Shown: positions 12,752-23,244 of the stretch, piece after piece
Numbering within the stretch: the stretch's first letter is position 1
Layout of the letters: each line of letters starts with the position of its first letter
Assembly: GCF_964204645.1 (NCBI RefSeq)
Contig: NC_134030.1
Span: 21,412,210-21,476,209 of the forward strand
Direction: 5' to 3'
Origin: Tubulanus polymorphus
Lineage: Eukaryota; Animalia; Nemertea
DNA length: 64,000 nucleotides
Position numbers and translations under genes: made by a program
The notes under the pieces: generated by a model
Database searches by the model: none
What the model was told of the DNA's origin: nothing
What the model saw: the letters and a program-made list of their open reading frames with translations, nothing else

Positions 12752-14996
12752 ATGCCACCCCCTCCTAAGGGTCAACATCGTGGCGGGGAGGGATGCGGGC
12801 ATTTGTTTGGCGCCTGGGACAACCACGATTCGTGTGCGTCGTGCAGGCGCAAATCCGGTCAAATATGTGCAAGAAGCAATCCTTGCAAGATTTGCGAGGG
12901 GTGGTCCGAGGACCTTTGGCTTCGGGCCGATAAGGCTCTTAAACTAAGAGATCGTCGTCGAGTTAGCAGGGATTCGTCGGTTTCGGCCGACGTGCCAACC
13001 GACGTTTCTAATCCTGTTTCTTATCGTAAAGCGGAGCGGTCGCCGGTCGTTCAGGTACGATCGGCTTCCCAACTCCGTTCACCGGGGAGGAACGCTGGTT
13101 CACCGGCACCGGTCTCTGGTCATTCACCGGTCTCTGGTCGTTCACCGGTTAGGCCAGTTCGGCCGGTTCAGACTACATGTTCAGAACCGAGCGCGCGCCG
13201 CGGTAGTTGGGAACGGCCCGCACCGGTTCGGTCGGTACCGGTCCGGTCCGGGTCGGGCATCGGTCCGGTTCGGGCACCGGTCCGGTCCGGTCCAGACGTC
13301 GTCAAAACATCTGGTACGTTCATCGTCTGATTCTGATCGTCGCTCCGGGGATAGAGCTCGCTCTCCCACTAGATTTAGACGCCGTGAGCGTAATAAACGA
13401 GCAAGATCTCCTTCTCGCAGATCAAGGTTTGATCGCTAGAGGGACTACGATCGTTATTGTCGGAAGTTTCGCCGTCGGTCTTCTCATCGTTCGTCGATGT
13501 CGGTTAGCGATGAAAGCAATTCTTCTAGTAGGTCGTGATCCCGTTCGAGGGACCGTCACCGAAGTCGGCATGATCGTCGGGACACTGGAAAATACCTGAC
13601 TCGGAAGGATTTCCATGTATTTGAAGAGAAAATTTTAAACTTGTTATCTTCGTCGCAACAAGTCGCTGCAACCTCGACAACAGGTAAGCCTATTCCTGAT
13701 TGTCCGGTTAGAAGTTCGCCAGCCCACTCAGTTCTTCGGAATTCTGACTCTGAATTCCTGGATGCTGCGATAGGGTCTGATTTCAATGAGGATCCAATCC
13801 GGTCCCAGAAGCGGCAATTCCTTCTGGGGTTGTTCCTGTCGCGAGCAATTGTGGGTTGCCCCAGACGATGGGGGCTTCCCTGGCTCGCAATGTATCTCCG
13901 TCCCGTTCAGTTTTATCCTAACCAGCGGGGGACATGCCATTTAGAGCGATGATAAGTGAGTTCTTTGTCAAGCACGGGGCAACTCGCGCTAAGCCCACAG
14001 CAGCTCCTCTGGTCGGTGAGTCAATGGAAGCTTATCGCCCTCCGGACTCCGATCTTAACGTTTTACGGGAATCGTCAGCGGTTTCGAGAGAATGGGCTCG
14101 ATTGGATACGCAATTATGGGGTGAATGTCGGCCTGGAACATTTTCATTTCCCCCTCCAGAACGGGGTATGAAATCTGGGAAATATTTTAGTTCAACCGAT
14201 CCACCTATAGGCGCATTTCGCTCGGCGTATTACGCAACTCCAGGTGCTGTGGATCACAGTCATAACTGCCTGGATGCTGATTATACTTGGATCAGCCCGG
14301 ATACTGTTACAGCAAAGTCGGGTATTCGTTTGCCTAAGTCCGGTTTGGTGGCCATGACGTCAATCCTGGACAATCTTACCAGGGTTGGTTCGTTTCAAGA
14401 TATGGCACTTGAGGTGTTGACGGGTGAGCTCCGCGAGACTTACGCCGCCGATCATGCGGGCTCCGACCCAGAGTCAGTTGCCCTAAAACTGGAGGGAATG
14501 GACCGGATTATCCAATCTTTGGCTCGGTCTGTTCTCGCATGTAATTCCGTTGTCGGTTCGGGGTCAGGCTAATCTTGTGTTAGCCTCCCGTCAGTCAGTG
14601 ATGGACTCCAGTTCCAAAGCTCGTCTACTGGATATGGTGTCCAATGCTTTGCTGAGAGCCCCATTGGGGACGTCTTCACGTCTCCTCTCCCGTTGGTGCG
14701 CTCCGGTTTCCGCAGAGCTGAGGAAGATTCGGGAGGTTCAGGCCAAGTCCAACCCCCGAACTCCGTGGAAAAAGCGTTCTGGTCCGACGCCAGCGGCGCA
14801 AGGTTCGGCACGGACGCAAACAGGACCATCTCAAACTTCAGCGCTTTCTCAGGCGGCTTCGGATGCCGGTTGGAGAACTAGCGCGCAACTTCAACAATCG
14901 TGTCCAGCCTCGTCCGGTCGTAACAGTTCCGGTTCGTATCGAGGCAAGGGGAAGGCTCCAAAAAGGGGCTCTTCCTTTCGGAAAAACTCGAAATGA
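12752..14996 (+). pseudogene. DIRS gag-like ORF1 (broken by frameshifts and stops)
   Basis: N-terminal Cys/His cluster CGH..DNHDSCASC..C...PCKICEGW, PVRS repeats, an RS-rich tract with in-frame stops (~13437, ~13536), helical fragments 13934-14572 and 14550-14996, and a basic C-terminus. Confidence 0.85.
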
Positions 14997-16937
14997 ATTC
15001 TTGGGACCAGTGGGAGGTTGTCTGCAGCAGGCAGCAACCCACTGGTCCGACCTTTTTGGAGACGGTTGGCCCTCCCGGGTCGTCTCTCGTGGCTACCGTC
15101 TCCGTTTCCTAAGGCGGCCGCGCCTGATGAGGTCACCTCACGACATGCGGCCCAAACTAGGTCAGGAGGCCTTAATCTCTCCGGAATTGGCCGAGAAGGG
15201 AGCGATAGAACCAGTTTGCAACGAAACTTCTCCCGGCTGGTTTTCTCGAATATTCATGGTACCAAAGGCCACAGGGGGTCAACGGACAGTGATAGATCTG
15301 TCATCCCTCAATCAGCACCTAGACATTCCAAGGTTCCGGATGATCAAGCCCAAGGACGTGATTCAAGGGCTCCGTCCGGGTCAATGGGCGGCTTCATTGG
15401 ACCTGAAAGATGCTTACTTTCAGGTTCCAATTCACCCAAAATCTCGGCGATTTCTCAGGATAAAGTGGAAAGGCCGCCAGTTCCAATTCAGGTCTCTTCC
15501 ATTTGGCCTCAGTACGGCCCCGTGGGTTTTCATCAAGTTGCTCAAGTCAGTTCAGAAGGTACTTCAGTCAAGGGGTGTTCGACTGTTCGTTTACCTCGAC
15601 GACTGGTTAATAGTTGCGAATTCGGCTCAGGAATGTCGGGAGGCAATGACCTCAGTCTGGACTTAGTCCATCAGCTAGGGTTCCGCGTAAACAGGGAAAA
15701 ATCTCAGTTGACGCCGGCCCAACAGTTCGCTTATCTCGGCATGGACTTCGATCTCCGAATCGGCAAAGTCTTTCCGTCTATGGCTCGAGTAGCCAAACTT
15801 CAAGAAGCTGTAGCGGGAGTGTCCACAACCCCGAGAACAGCTCGTTACTGGTCACGGCTTCTAGGCTCCATCAGCTCCATGGGTCTGGTGGTGCCCTTAG
15901 GCCACCTCAGAAGCAGGCGCTTGCAACAATATTGGAAGGTCTTCTGGTCTCAGTCGAAGGGCAACTGGGAGGCCTTGATTCCCGTACCTCCAACCGATCT
16001 AAGTCCGGATCTTCAGTGGTGGGCGGCAACTACGAATCTTCGGCTCGGGGTGTCACTAGCCCCGTTAGAGGCTCCAGTTCGTGTATTCACGGATGCCAGT
16101 CACCAAGGATGGGGGGCACATCTGGAGAACCGAGTCAAAGCCGGGAGATGGTCTCGCTACGAGGCCACCAACCACATAAATTTCCTAGAAATGCTGGCCG
16201 TGTGGAAGGCCCTGAAGTTCTTTCACAGGAGAGTGGAGGGCCACCACGTTTGGTTAGCCACAGACAATTCAACAGTGAGGGCTTACCTTCAGAACCAAGG
16301 GGGCACTCACTCAGAAACCCTCGCAGGTCTGTCGACCAAAATTCTTCTTTGGTGCCAGACAAAGGGCGTGTCCCTGACTGTGGCACATTTAGCAGGGAAA
16401 AGGAACGTGATGGCCGATGCTCTGTCTCTTCGAGGTCAGGCTATTGCGACAGAATGGGTTCTCCACCAAGAAGTAGCCGATCGGGTTCGGGGCATGTTTG
16501 GCAATCCGCTGCTGGATCTGTTTGCCACCCGGTTCAATCGGAGGTGTCCTCTGTTTGTGCCCACACCAGTCCTGCCGCGCTTACTGGATCAAATAAAGAG
16601 ATCAGTCAATTGCAACATAGTTCTGGTAGCACCATGTTGGCCGGCTCAGAAATGGTTCCTACCACTTCTCAACCTACTGTGCGACAACCCCAGGATTCTT
16701 CTGAATTTCCCATCGCTTCTGTCTCAGGGGAACTTTCGGCATCATCCAAACAGCCAGTGGTTAAATCTGCTCGCCTGGCCATTGTCCAGCGATCCTTGTC
16801 AGCTTCAGGCTTTTCAGAACAGGCTGCCTCCTTTATCGCAGGATCTAAGCGGCCATCAACAAGTACCATTTACGATGCCAAATGGAGTGCGGAGTGGTGT
16901 GCTGCAGGGGAAATTGATCCATGCTCACCCTCTGTAG
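14863..16937 (+). pseudogene. DIRS pol: reverse transcriptase + RNase H + truncated methyltransferase-like domain; 1-nt frameshift at ~15660
   Basis: RT motifs: PVGGCL, FSRIFMVPK, LDLKDAYFQVPI, LPFGLSTAP, YLDD. RNase H motifs: FTDASHQGWG, HINFLEMLAV, TDNSTV, NVMADALS. MT-like motifs: DLFATRFN, VAPCWPAQKWF. Confidence 0.95.
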
Positions 16938-17839
16938 CTCAATTGGCAGATTTTTTACTGCACCTATTTGTAGTAAAAGGTTTGCAGGTCATAACTATTA
17001 ATGGTTACCGCTCCGCGATTTCTCATACATTGCGTGCTTCTGGATGGCCAAATGTAGCGGGGGATCATCGGATATCCCAGCTGGTTGCAGGGTTTTCTAT
17101 TTCCCGGCCTCGGGTACCAAGAACAGTTCCACCATGGGATCTGTCTGTAATTTTGAAGAAGTTAATGGAGGCTCCATTCGAACCTCTTTCGGCAGCGTCA
17201 TTTGCAAATTTGTCAAAAAAGACTTTATTTTTGCTGTTCTTGGCTTGCTCGGCCCGTCGCTCTGAGATTCATGCGCTTTCAGTCCGACAAGGTCATATTG
17301 TCTTTGGGCCAGGGAAGGAATTTGTTTCGCTGCGGCCTGCTTTGGAATTTTTGGCAAAGAACCAACGACCAGGCTCGGTTGGGCGTCAATGGCGAATTGA
17401 AGCCCTAAAACATCGAGTGGAACCTGGCATCCCGGACAGGACTTTATGTCCTGTGCGGGCGTTGTGTTTCTATTTAGATCGCTCTGCTTCACGGAGGGGT
17501 TCACGGGAGCGGTTATTTATTCCGCTGCTGGATCACCTAAAGGGTGATATTTCGCGGGACACAGTGGCCCGATGGGTCTCTTCACTGATCAAGGACATTT
17601 TATTGAAGGAGAATCTTTCCTCGGAGGGAGTGGTTTCTCATTAAGTGAGGTCTATGGCTACTCCCTGCGCAGCCTTTTCGGGTGCTCCGTTGGAGGAAGT
17701 CTGTCGGGCCGCCTTTTGGAATTCTCCATCGACATTCACGTCATTTTATTTACGGGATGTTTCAGGCCAGTTAGGCTCATTAGCTTCACTTGGTCCTGTT
17801 GTCATGGCTCGTTCTTTCCGATCGGACCCTTTAGTGTAG
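15932..17839 (+). pseudogene. DIRS tyrosine recombinase, overlapping pol; premature stop at 17642-17644
   Basis: SAM-like region TINGYRSAIS, catalytic R (SARRSEI), LCPVRAL, H-x-x-R reading SH*VR, W (AFWNS) and Y (TFTSFYLRD). Confidence 0.95.
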
Positions 17840-18097
17840 AATATTTATGTAGCATTATCAGGATCACAGGGGGTGTATCCTTGTACATAGTTTGGGCTCA
17901 TATCTGCAAGTATTAATTTCGCAAAATTCTGGGGGGGCCCCTGAGCTGGACGGACTCACTGTGGCCAACCGGTCTTCCCTGTGCTACAGTGCTCCATTCC
18001 GTGCTTGGGTAAGTGCTCTGTTTTTCCCTCTTACCTTGCGTTTGAGCGGTGGTTTTTCTATCTACCTTTCCCACCATCCTTGTGCTAGGCTAGTCTA

Positions 18098-18195
18098 GCA
18101 AAAACCATAGGAAAGGGTACAGTACTCGACGGAAATATTACAATTTTTGGAACTAAAATTTGTATTTCCGAGTAGTACTTACCCTTTCCTATGGT
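18098..18195. repeat. DIRS internal complementary region (ICR)
   Basis: gcaaaaaccataggaaagggtacagtactcgacggaaatat is the reverse complement of the left end, and caatttttggaactaaaatttgtatttccgagtagtacttaccctttcctatgg is the reverse complement of the right end. Confidence 0.95.
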
Positions 18196-18423
18196 GGGAA
18201 TCCCGCCCACCTGCCCCGCATAGCTGTTTTTTTTGGTCTGCTATGACGTAAAAAGATGGCGGATTTCGCCGGTGGCTAAATACAATACCGCAGGGCCGGG
18301 TCGTATAGAAAAAACATTGGCGATCAATCCAAATTTAGAAAATATTGGCAAAAACCATAGGAAAGGGTAAGTACTACTCGGAAATACAAATTTTAGTTCC
18401 AAAAATTGTTATGTTTATGGTTA

Positions 18424-18589
18424 GGGGTCATTCTTTTATTACGTACGCATTAGGGGAGGGGGAGGGGGAGGGGTCAGTGCACTTGCGTACTGTAATGCTT
18501 GATATGAAAAAATGGCCGATTTTGCGTACAGAGGGGGAGGGGGGTTGAGAAATTCAAATTTTATGCGTACGTAATAAATGAATGATCCC
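18424..18589. mobile_element. Harbinger-like MITE with G-tracts
   Basis: TIRs ggggtcattcttttattacgtacgca / tgcgtacgtaataaatgaatgatccc; imperfect TTA/ATA TSD; absent from the sister units. Confidence 0.75.
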
Positions 18590-18725
18590 ATACAATAAAA
18601 TAATATTCATTCATCATCATCATCATCATCATTATCATCTAGTTCTGCCTCATCAGTAGCGGTGTGCATCCTGAGGAGGCAATCAGTCCTCCTGCAATCA
18701 CAGATTGCTCGTTCTTCTTGTGCTG

Positions 18726-19287
18726 GGGAGCGTGTATAAATTACGTACCTCCATTGGGGGGAGGGGGGGTTACTGAATTTTGGTACAAAGTGGTACATGG
18801 GGGGAGGGGGGTCAGCAAAAAAGGTACGTACTTTGAGGGAGGGGGTATTAATCAATCTTGGTACGTACTTTATGTACCAAACTCAAATAGCCGTTGGTGT
18901 TTTATCGGCTTTTAGTACCGGGTATATAAAATCAATAAACAACAATACTAGCTTAATTCTTTTGTAGCCTCATTTATTTAATATCGGAATTTTGTTCTAA
19001 ACAAAATGTCGAGGTACCACTTGTAGTAGACTTCAACTGGGATTTCCCCAATACCGGGTACCGGTATCGATCTTTCACGCACTTGTTGGTACATCATTAA
19101 TGAAATCAGGTATTTATATTTTTTGATTTGTGTTCTTTGCATCAATATAATTGGGGGGGGGGGGTGGTCATGGGTGCGATGGTACGTACTATGAGGGGGT
19201 CAGTGAATTTGGTACAAAGGTGGTACAAGGGGGGAGAGGAATGAGAAAAACGGGAGATTTTGAGGTACGTAATTTGTGAACGCTCCC
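18726..19287. mobile_element. Harbinger-like non-autonomous element, CTG TSD
   Basis: TIRs gggagcgtgtataaattacgtacctc / gaggtacgtaatttgtgaacgctccc; CTG duplicated; empty site ttgtgctgccactc at ~9945 and ~11600. Confidence 0.85.
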
Positions 19288-19900
19288 CTGCCACTCTCAA
19301 GGAGGTCAGGTGACATTGGGTCTTACTTTACTTCAACTCAGTATTCGTTTCTCAGGTGGGCTCTTTAGTTGCTGTTGGAGGTTGGAGCGTCGTCTTACCC
19401 GACTAACCAGCTGTATTGTTAATGATTTCCCATTTTGTTTTAACCTGTTAGGAGATGAACAATTACCAGCAGAAGACCACGGATTGACAATTACCAGAAG
19501 ACCAGATATCGCCAATTACCAGCAGAAGACCCCGGATCGACAATTTTTATACCAGAGAAGACAAGGGATTGCCAATTACCAGAAGACCACGGATGACCAA
19601 TTTCCAACTACATGGGATGACCAATTGCCAGATGACCAGAAATGACCAATGGCTATAGACCAGTGATAACAGGTTGCCCGTATAATTGTATGATTGATTT
19701 TCTGTTTGTGAATGAACTTGAGAACAGTCGCTGTTCTTTAATCCCATCAGTTACAGCCACGTTTTGTTAATATCTCAGTCTAAATCTCTTGCACACGATC
19801 ACCTCTATCTCACCTCTATCTCCTCACCTCTATATCACCTCTATATCACCTCTATATCACCTCTATCTCACCTCTATATCACCTCTATGATGAATACTAA

Positions 19901-20365
19901 AGCCTAGCGCACATCGACACTGCGATTGGAGACGACTAGTTGCCAGGCAGTTTTCGGCGCATGAGAGCAACTGGCTGGATACAATCAGTTGCTCGAATTT
20001 GTCGATGTGAGCGAGCTTACGACTGGTTAGCGTCCATCTATCTCCAGTTCCACCCAGTTGCTCATGTTCTACTTTTGAGCAACTAGTTGTACTCAGTTGC
20101 TCTCATATCCGTTGATGTGAGCGCTCCATAATCAACAACACATGGTTGTAACTGACTAAAACAAAGCTATTTGTCACGTGACTTGTGATGCCCTCAAGAA
20201 TATTTGCTAAACCACATCTCAGTTGCTGTCGATGTGTGCGCTATGGACCTAGCGACCGGCATGAGCCACGCAGTTGCTGGTTTTTACTAAATTTTCGATG
20301 TGCGCGGGGTACTCGCTCACTAGCAACTAGTTGTCTCCAGTCGCTTTGTCGATGTGCGCTAGGCT
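19901..20365. mobile_element. Harbinger-like MITE, TAA TSD
   Basis: TIRs agcctagcgcacatcgaca / tgtcgatgtgcgctaggct flanked by TAA; internal gtcgatgtg repeats. Confidence 0.85.
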
Positions 20366-20931
20366 TAATTTTTTGTTTTAACTCTCGTCAATCAAAACGT
20401 GGTTGTCATTGATAGAATTGACAGAGACGCTATACAGCTGGCTGATAGTCATAATTCAAACATTTTTACTGGTGTTGTAGAACAAGTTCACAGAAACTGA
20501 AATCCCAGAATCTATTTTGTAAACCCGAATAAATGTATTTATTATTGCGTTGTGTTGTTTATTCAGCGCGATCTGTGGTGATTCAATCACGTGATCCGCT
20601 CAAGTTTTTTTTATGTCAACTCCCTCCGAAATTCTGGATCCGGTGGTGGTCCATGTACACACCATACGATGGAGTTTTATGTTAGGGGCCTTAAATCTTA
20701 AGTAAGTTGTTATACATTGGTTGCAGTAAAGCGATCTTCTATGACTGACAACATTGAACTATTTAATCGGGTCTCGCAATTGCATTTAGTTTTAAACTGA
20801 TAATCATCTTGTCTAAATCTTGATGGTCGTTCCTCCATAATCCGAAACCCGGATCCAGGTTTTTTAGGAGTGTTAATATACGATAAAACTGGTTCGGGTG
20901 ACTGTTTGGCCCAAATCCTGTTTCTATAATT

Positions 20932-21154
20932 AGGCTAAAAAAAATTGATACCTTGTTTCTCCGCTCTGCTGAGCTTAAATGTTGACCCGGCCGGCCGCCT
21001 ATCTACCCTATACATCACTTTTTCTAAAATCGTGATTAATTTTACCATAACAGACCCGGTCGCTATAGAAATGAACTGTTTATAAATTTTATCATATTTT
21101 ACAAAAATGGCCCGGCTGCTGCGGAGAAACAAGGTATCATTTTTGTTTAGCCTT
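20932..21154. mobile_element. MITE family with TIR AGGCTAAA..GATACCTTGTTTCTCCGC (copies ~27584-27800, ~37490-37704)
   Basis: Terminal inverted repeats and three dispersed copies in the window. Confidence 0.8.
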
Positions 21155-21473
21155 ATCTCGGCTGGTCAAACCGTAGCCGTAAACCAGTTTTGTCATTTAT
21201 TAAGTAAACGCATCCTCGTGTGTGGTCTACACGTGTGGAGGATGTGGGAAGTCGTTCATTGAGACGTTAGTGCGTCTGATTGCACGTTAGGACTGGTTGC
21301 CTGCCCGCTATCCCAAAGTCTGGGAAGCCAGTATTTATTATGTCATATTCACCCGTCAAGGGATTCGAACCCACTACGCTAAAGCTGTTGCGAGTTCGGG
21401 AGTGATACTGGACCCTGGCAAGCGAGGAGGATGTTAGTTATTTTCCCGTAGACTGGTTGCCGGTATCTTCCTG

Positions 21474-21690
21474 GGCCACCTTCGGTTATCTGAGTTAGTC
21501 GAATTAATCGAAACCGAATGTATGTCCGTTAGTCGGAACTATAGTCCGGAAATGATTGAGCACGGTCGCCACAGTTCGGACCTAGGTTCAAGATGGCCGA
21601 CATTGTGAAATACGTTACGACCGAACTATAGTGTGTTCGGTTTTCGTAGCTAGTCGACTAGTGGTCGGAACTAATAACCGAAGTTGGCCC
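21474..21690. mobile_element. Palindromic MITE within tRNA-SINE fragments
   Basis: TIRs gggccaccttcggttat / ataaccgaagttggccc; flanked by the duplicated B-box fragment cacccgtcaagggattcgaacccactacg. Confidence 0.6.
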
Positions 21691-23244
21691 TGACTGCGAC
21701 ATCTTCACCCGTCAAGGGATTCGAACCCACTACGCTAAAGCTGTTCCCCGAACCCCTTGACCTCACGAGTCGTTACTAGCCGACCAGAATCCGGTCGTAC
21801 CAATCAAAGCGCTTGTAACAAACCGACAGTAGACTTCTGTTGGTTTTCCCGTTAAATTGACCAATCAGCGAACGTTTACCGAACAAGGAAGTATTTCGCA
21901 AATCGATATATGACGTCATGCGCAACAGCGCCAGTAATGAAATCACGCTTCGTGAGGCCAGGGGGCTGGCGGAAGCGAGTTCGGGAGTGATACTGGACCC
22001 CTGGCAAGCGAGGATGTGACTGCGATTGCAGGTGGCGCAGAATTGGACTGGTGACCTGTCTAGAGCAAAATTGGACAGGCAACCATCTTCGCCCACCGAG
22101 GGATTCGAACTCGCTTTTCCCACAATGAGTTGGGGAGGGGAGCGAAAGTCTGTTACAAGCGAGCGTTCCACTTTGTTCGCTAGTGTGCATTCATACATTG
22201 TACAACTCGTACAGATTCAATTAAAATCTATCCATTATTTCTCAAATTCTTTGAATTGTAATTAGTAAAATTCACCTTATATATGAAACTAACTGATCAT
22301 GAGTTTAATCAAGAGGAATGATTTGAAATCGTATGGCCTGGGAATTATACGATCGGCCGGTGACCGGGCACGCCTCTGACCCTTACGATTTCGTATCCCC
22401 AGCGAAAGAGTTAAGTCGCTGTTGGAAGGGCGTCGCGTAGGGACGAACATTTTGCTGACGATTTATGAAAAGACGACATCCACATACACGTGTTAAGTAG
22501 TGAGTGATATATATCATCTCATAATCTTCATATAATATACATTCTCCCTGTAACCTTGTATGTTATTATTTAATAACATTATGAGCGCCTGTTTGTTTCT
22601 ATCGTTCAAATGTGTTTTTTTTTTACTCTTCCTCTCTCTTGTTAGTATCTCTTAGTGTTTTATTTTATTGCCATGTCTGTCTCATGTAATATCTGTAATA
22701 TAAGGATACAATAAACTTTGAATTGAATTGAAATTGATTAAAAACGGGATTCATTCGTCGACGTTCCAGAAATGACGACCTTTATCGTGTGGTACGCAAA
22801 AGAGGCGGACTGTCGGGTCGTGTCAGTATTCAACGGTGATGACTGAGGCCATGTTAAGCAAACTGAATTTGGCGTGTGTTTGATTCATAAAGTATGAAAA
22901 TGAGAAAAAATTTGAAATTTTGAACATCGAAAATAGTGACGAGTCACCAATTTCACAATATAGTGAGATTGTGGAGAGATATCGGAAGGCTCGTGGACTG
23001 AATCGCATCCCACCGGGGCCCGCCCACTTCGCGCTGATTAATTTCCATCGGTTTTCGGTGATAAATAGTTGGCGTGATTCAGCTAGGGACCGGTAACCAG
23101 TCTACTGATTCAGCCAACTGTTATCGGCGGTAAATAACGCGGCCGATTTTACCACGCTGAGCCGAAATAAAATCCGAATTTATTCGATTTTGGGCCCGAT
23201 TTTCGCTTAGATCCGACTCGAAACAGCACTGAACACAGGTCAAG

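Larger units (their letters stand above)
12414..18412 (+). mobile_element. Full-length DIRS1-type tyrosine-recombinase retrotransposon (~6.0 kb), inactivated
   Basis: Left ITR ~12416-12552, right ITR plus extension ~18250-18410, and ICR 18098-18195 complementary to both termini. It carries gag, RT-RNaseH-MT and YR ORFs. There is no true TSD, only a shared AT core. Confidence 0.97.
8765..19650 (+). repeat. Tandem segmental array of three ~1.2-1.7-kb non-coding units (start ~8765, ~10277, ~11964) with differential TE insertions
   Basis: The blocks ttggtttcagatgtgcttcatac, cagtgtcaatcattgct..cagacattactggtatg, tcatc-rich tract..gaggaggcaatcag and ggagatgaccaattaccag recur in the same order. Confidence 0.9.

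Noticed and set aside
15932-17839. Phage integrase / bacterial contamination or retron-like RT system
   Set aside because: The RT-RNaseH-YR layout with ITRs and ICR is a standard eukaryotic DIRS element inserted in host repeats.
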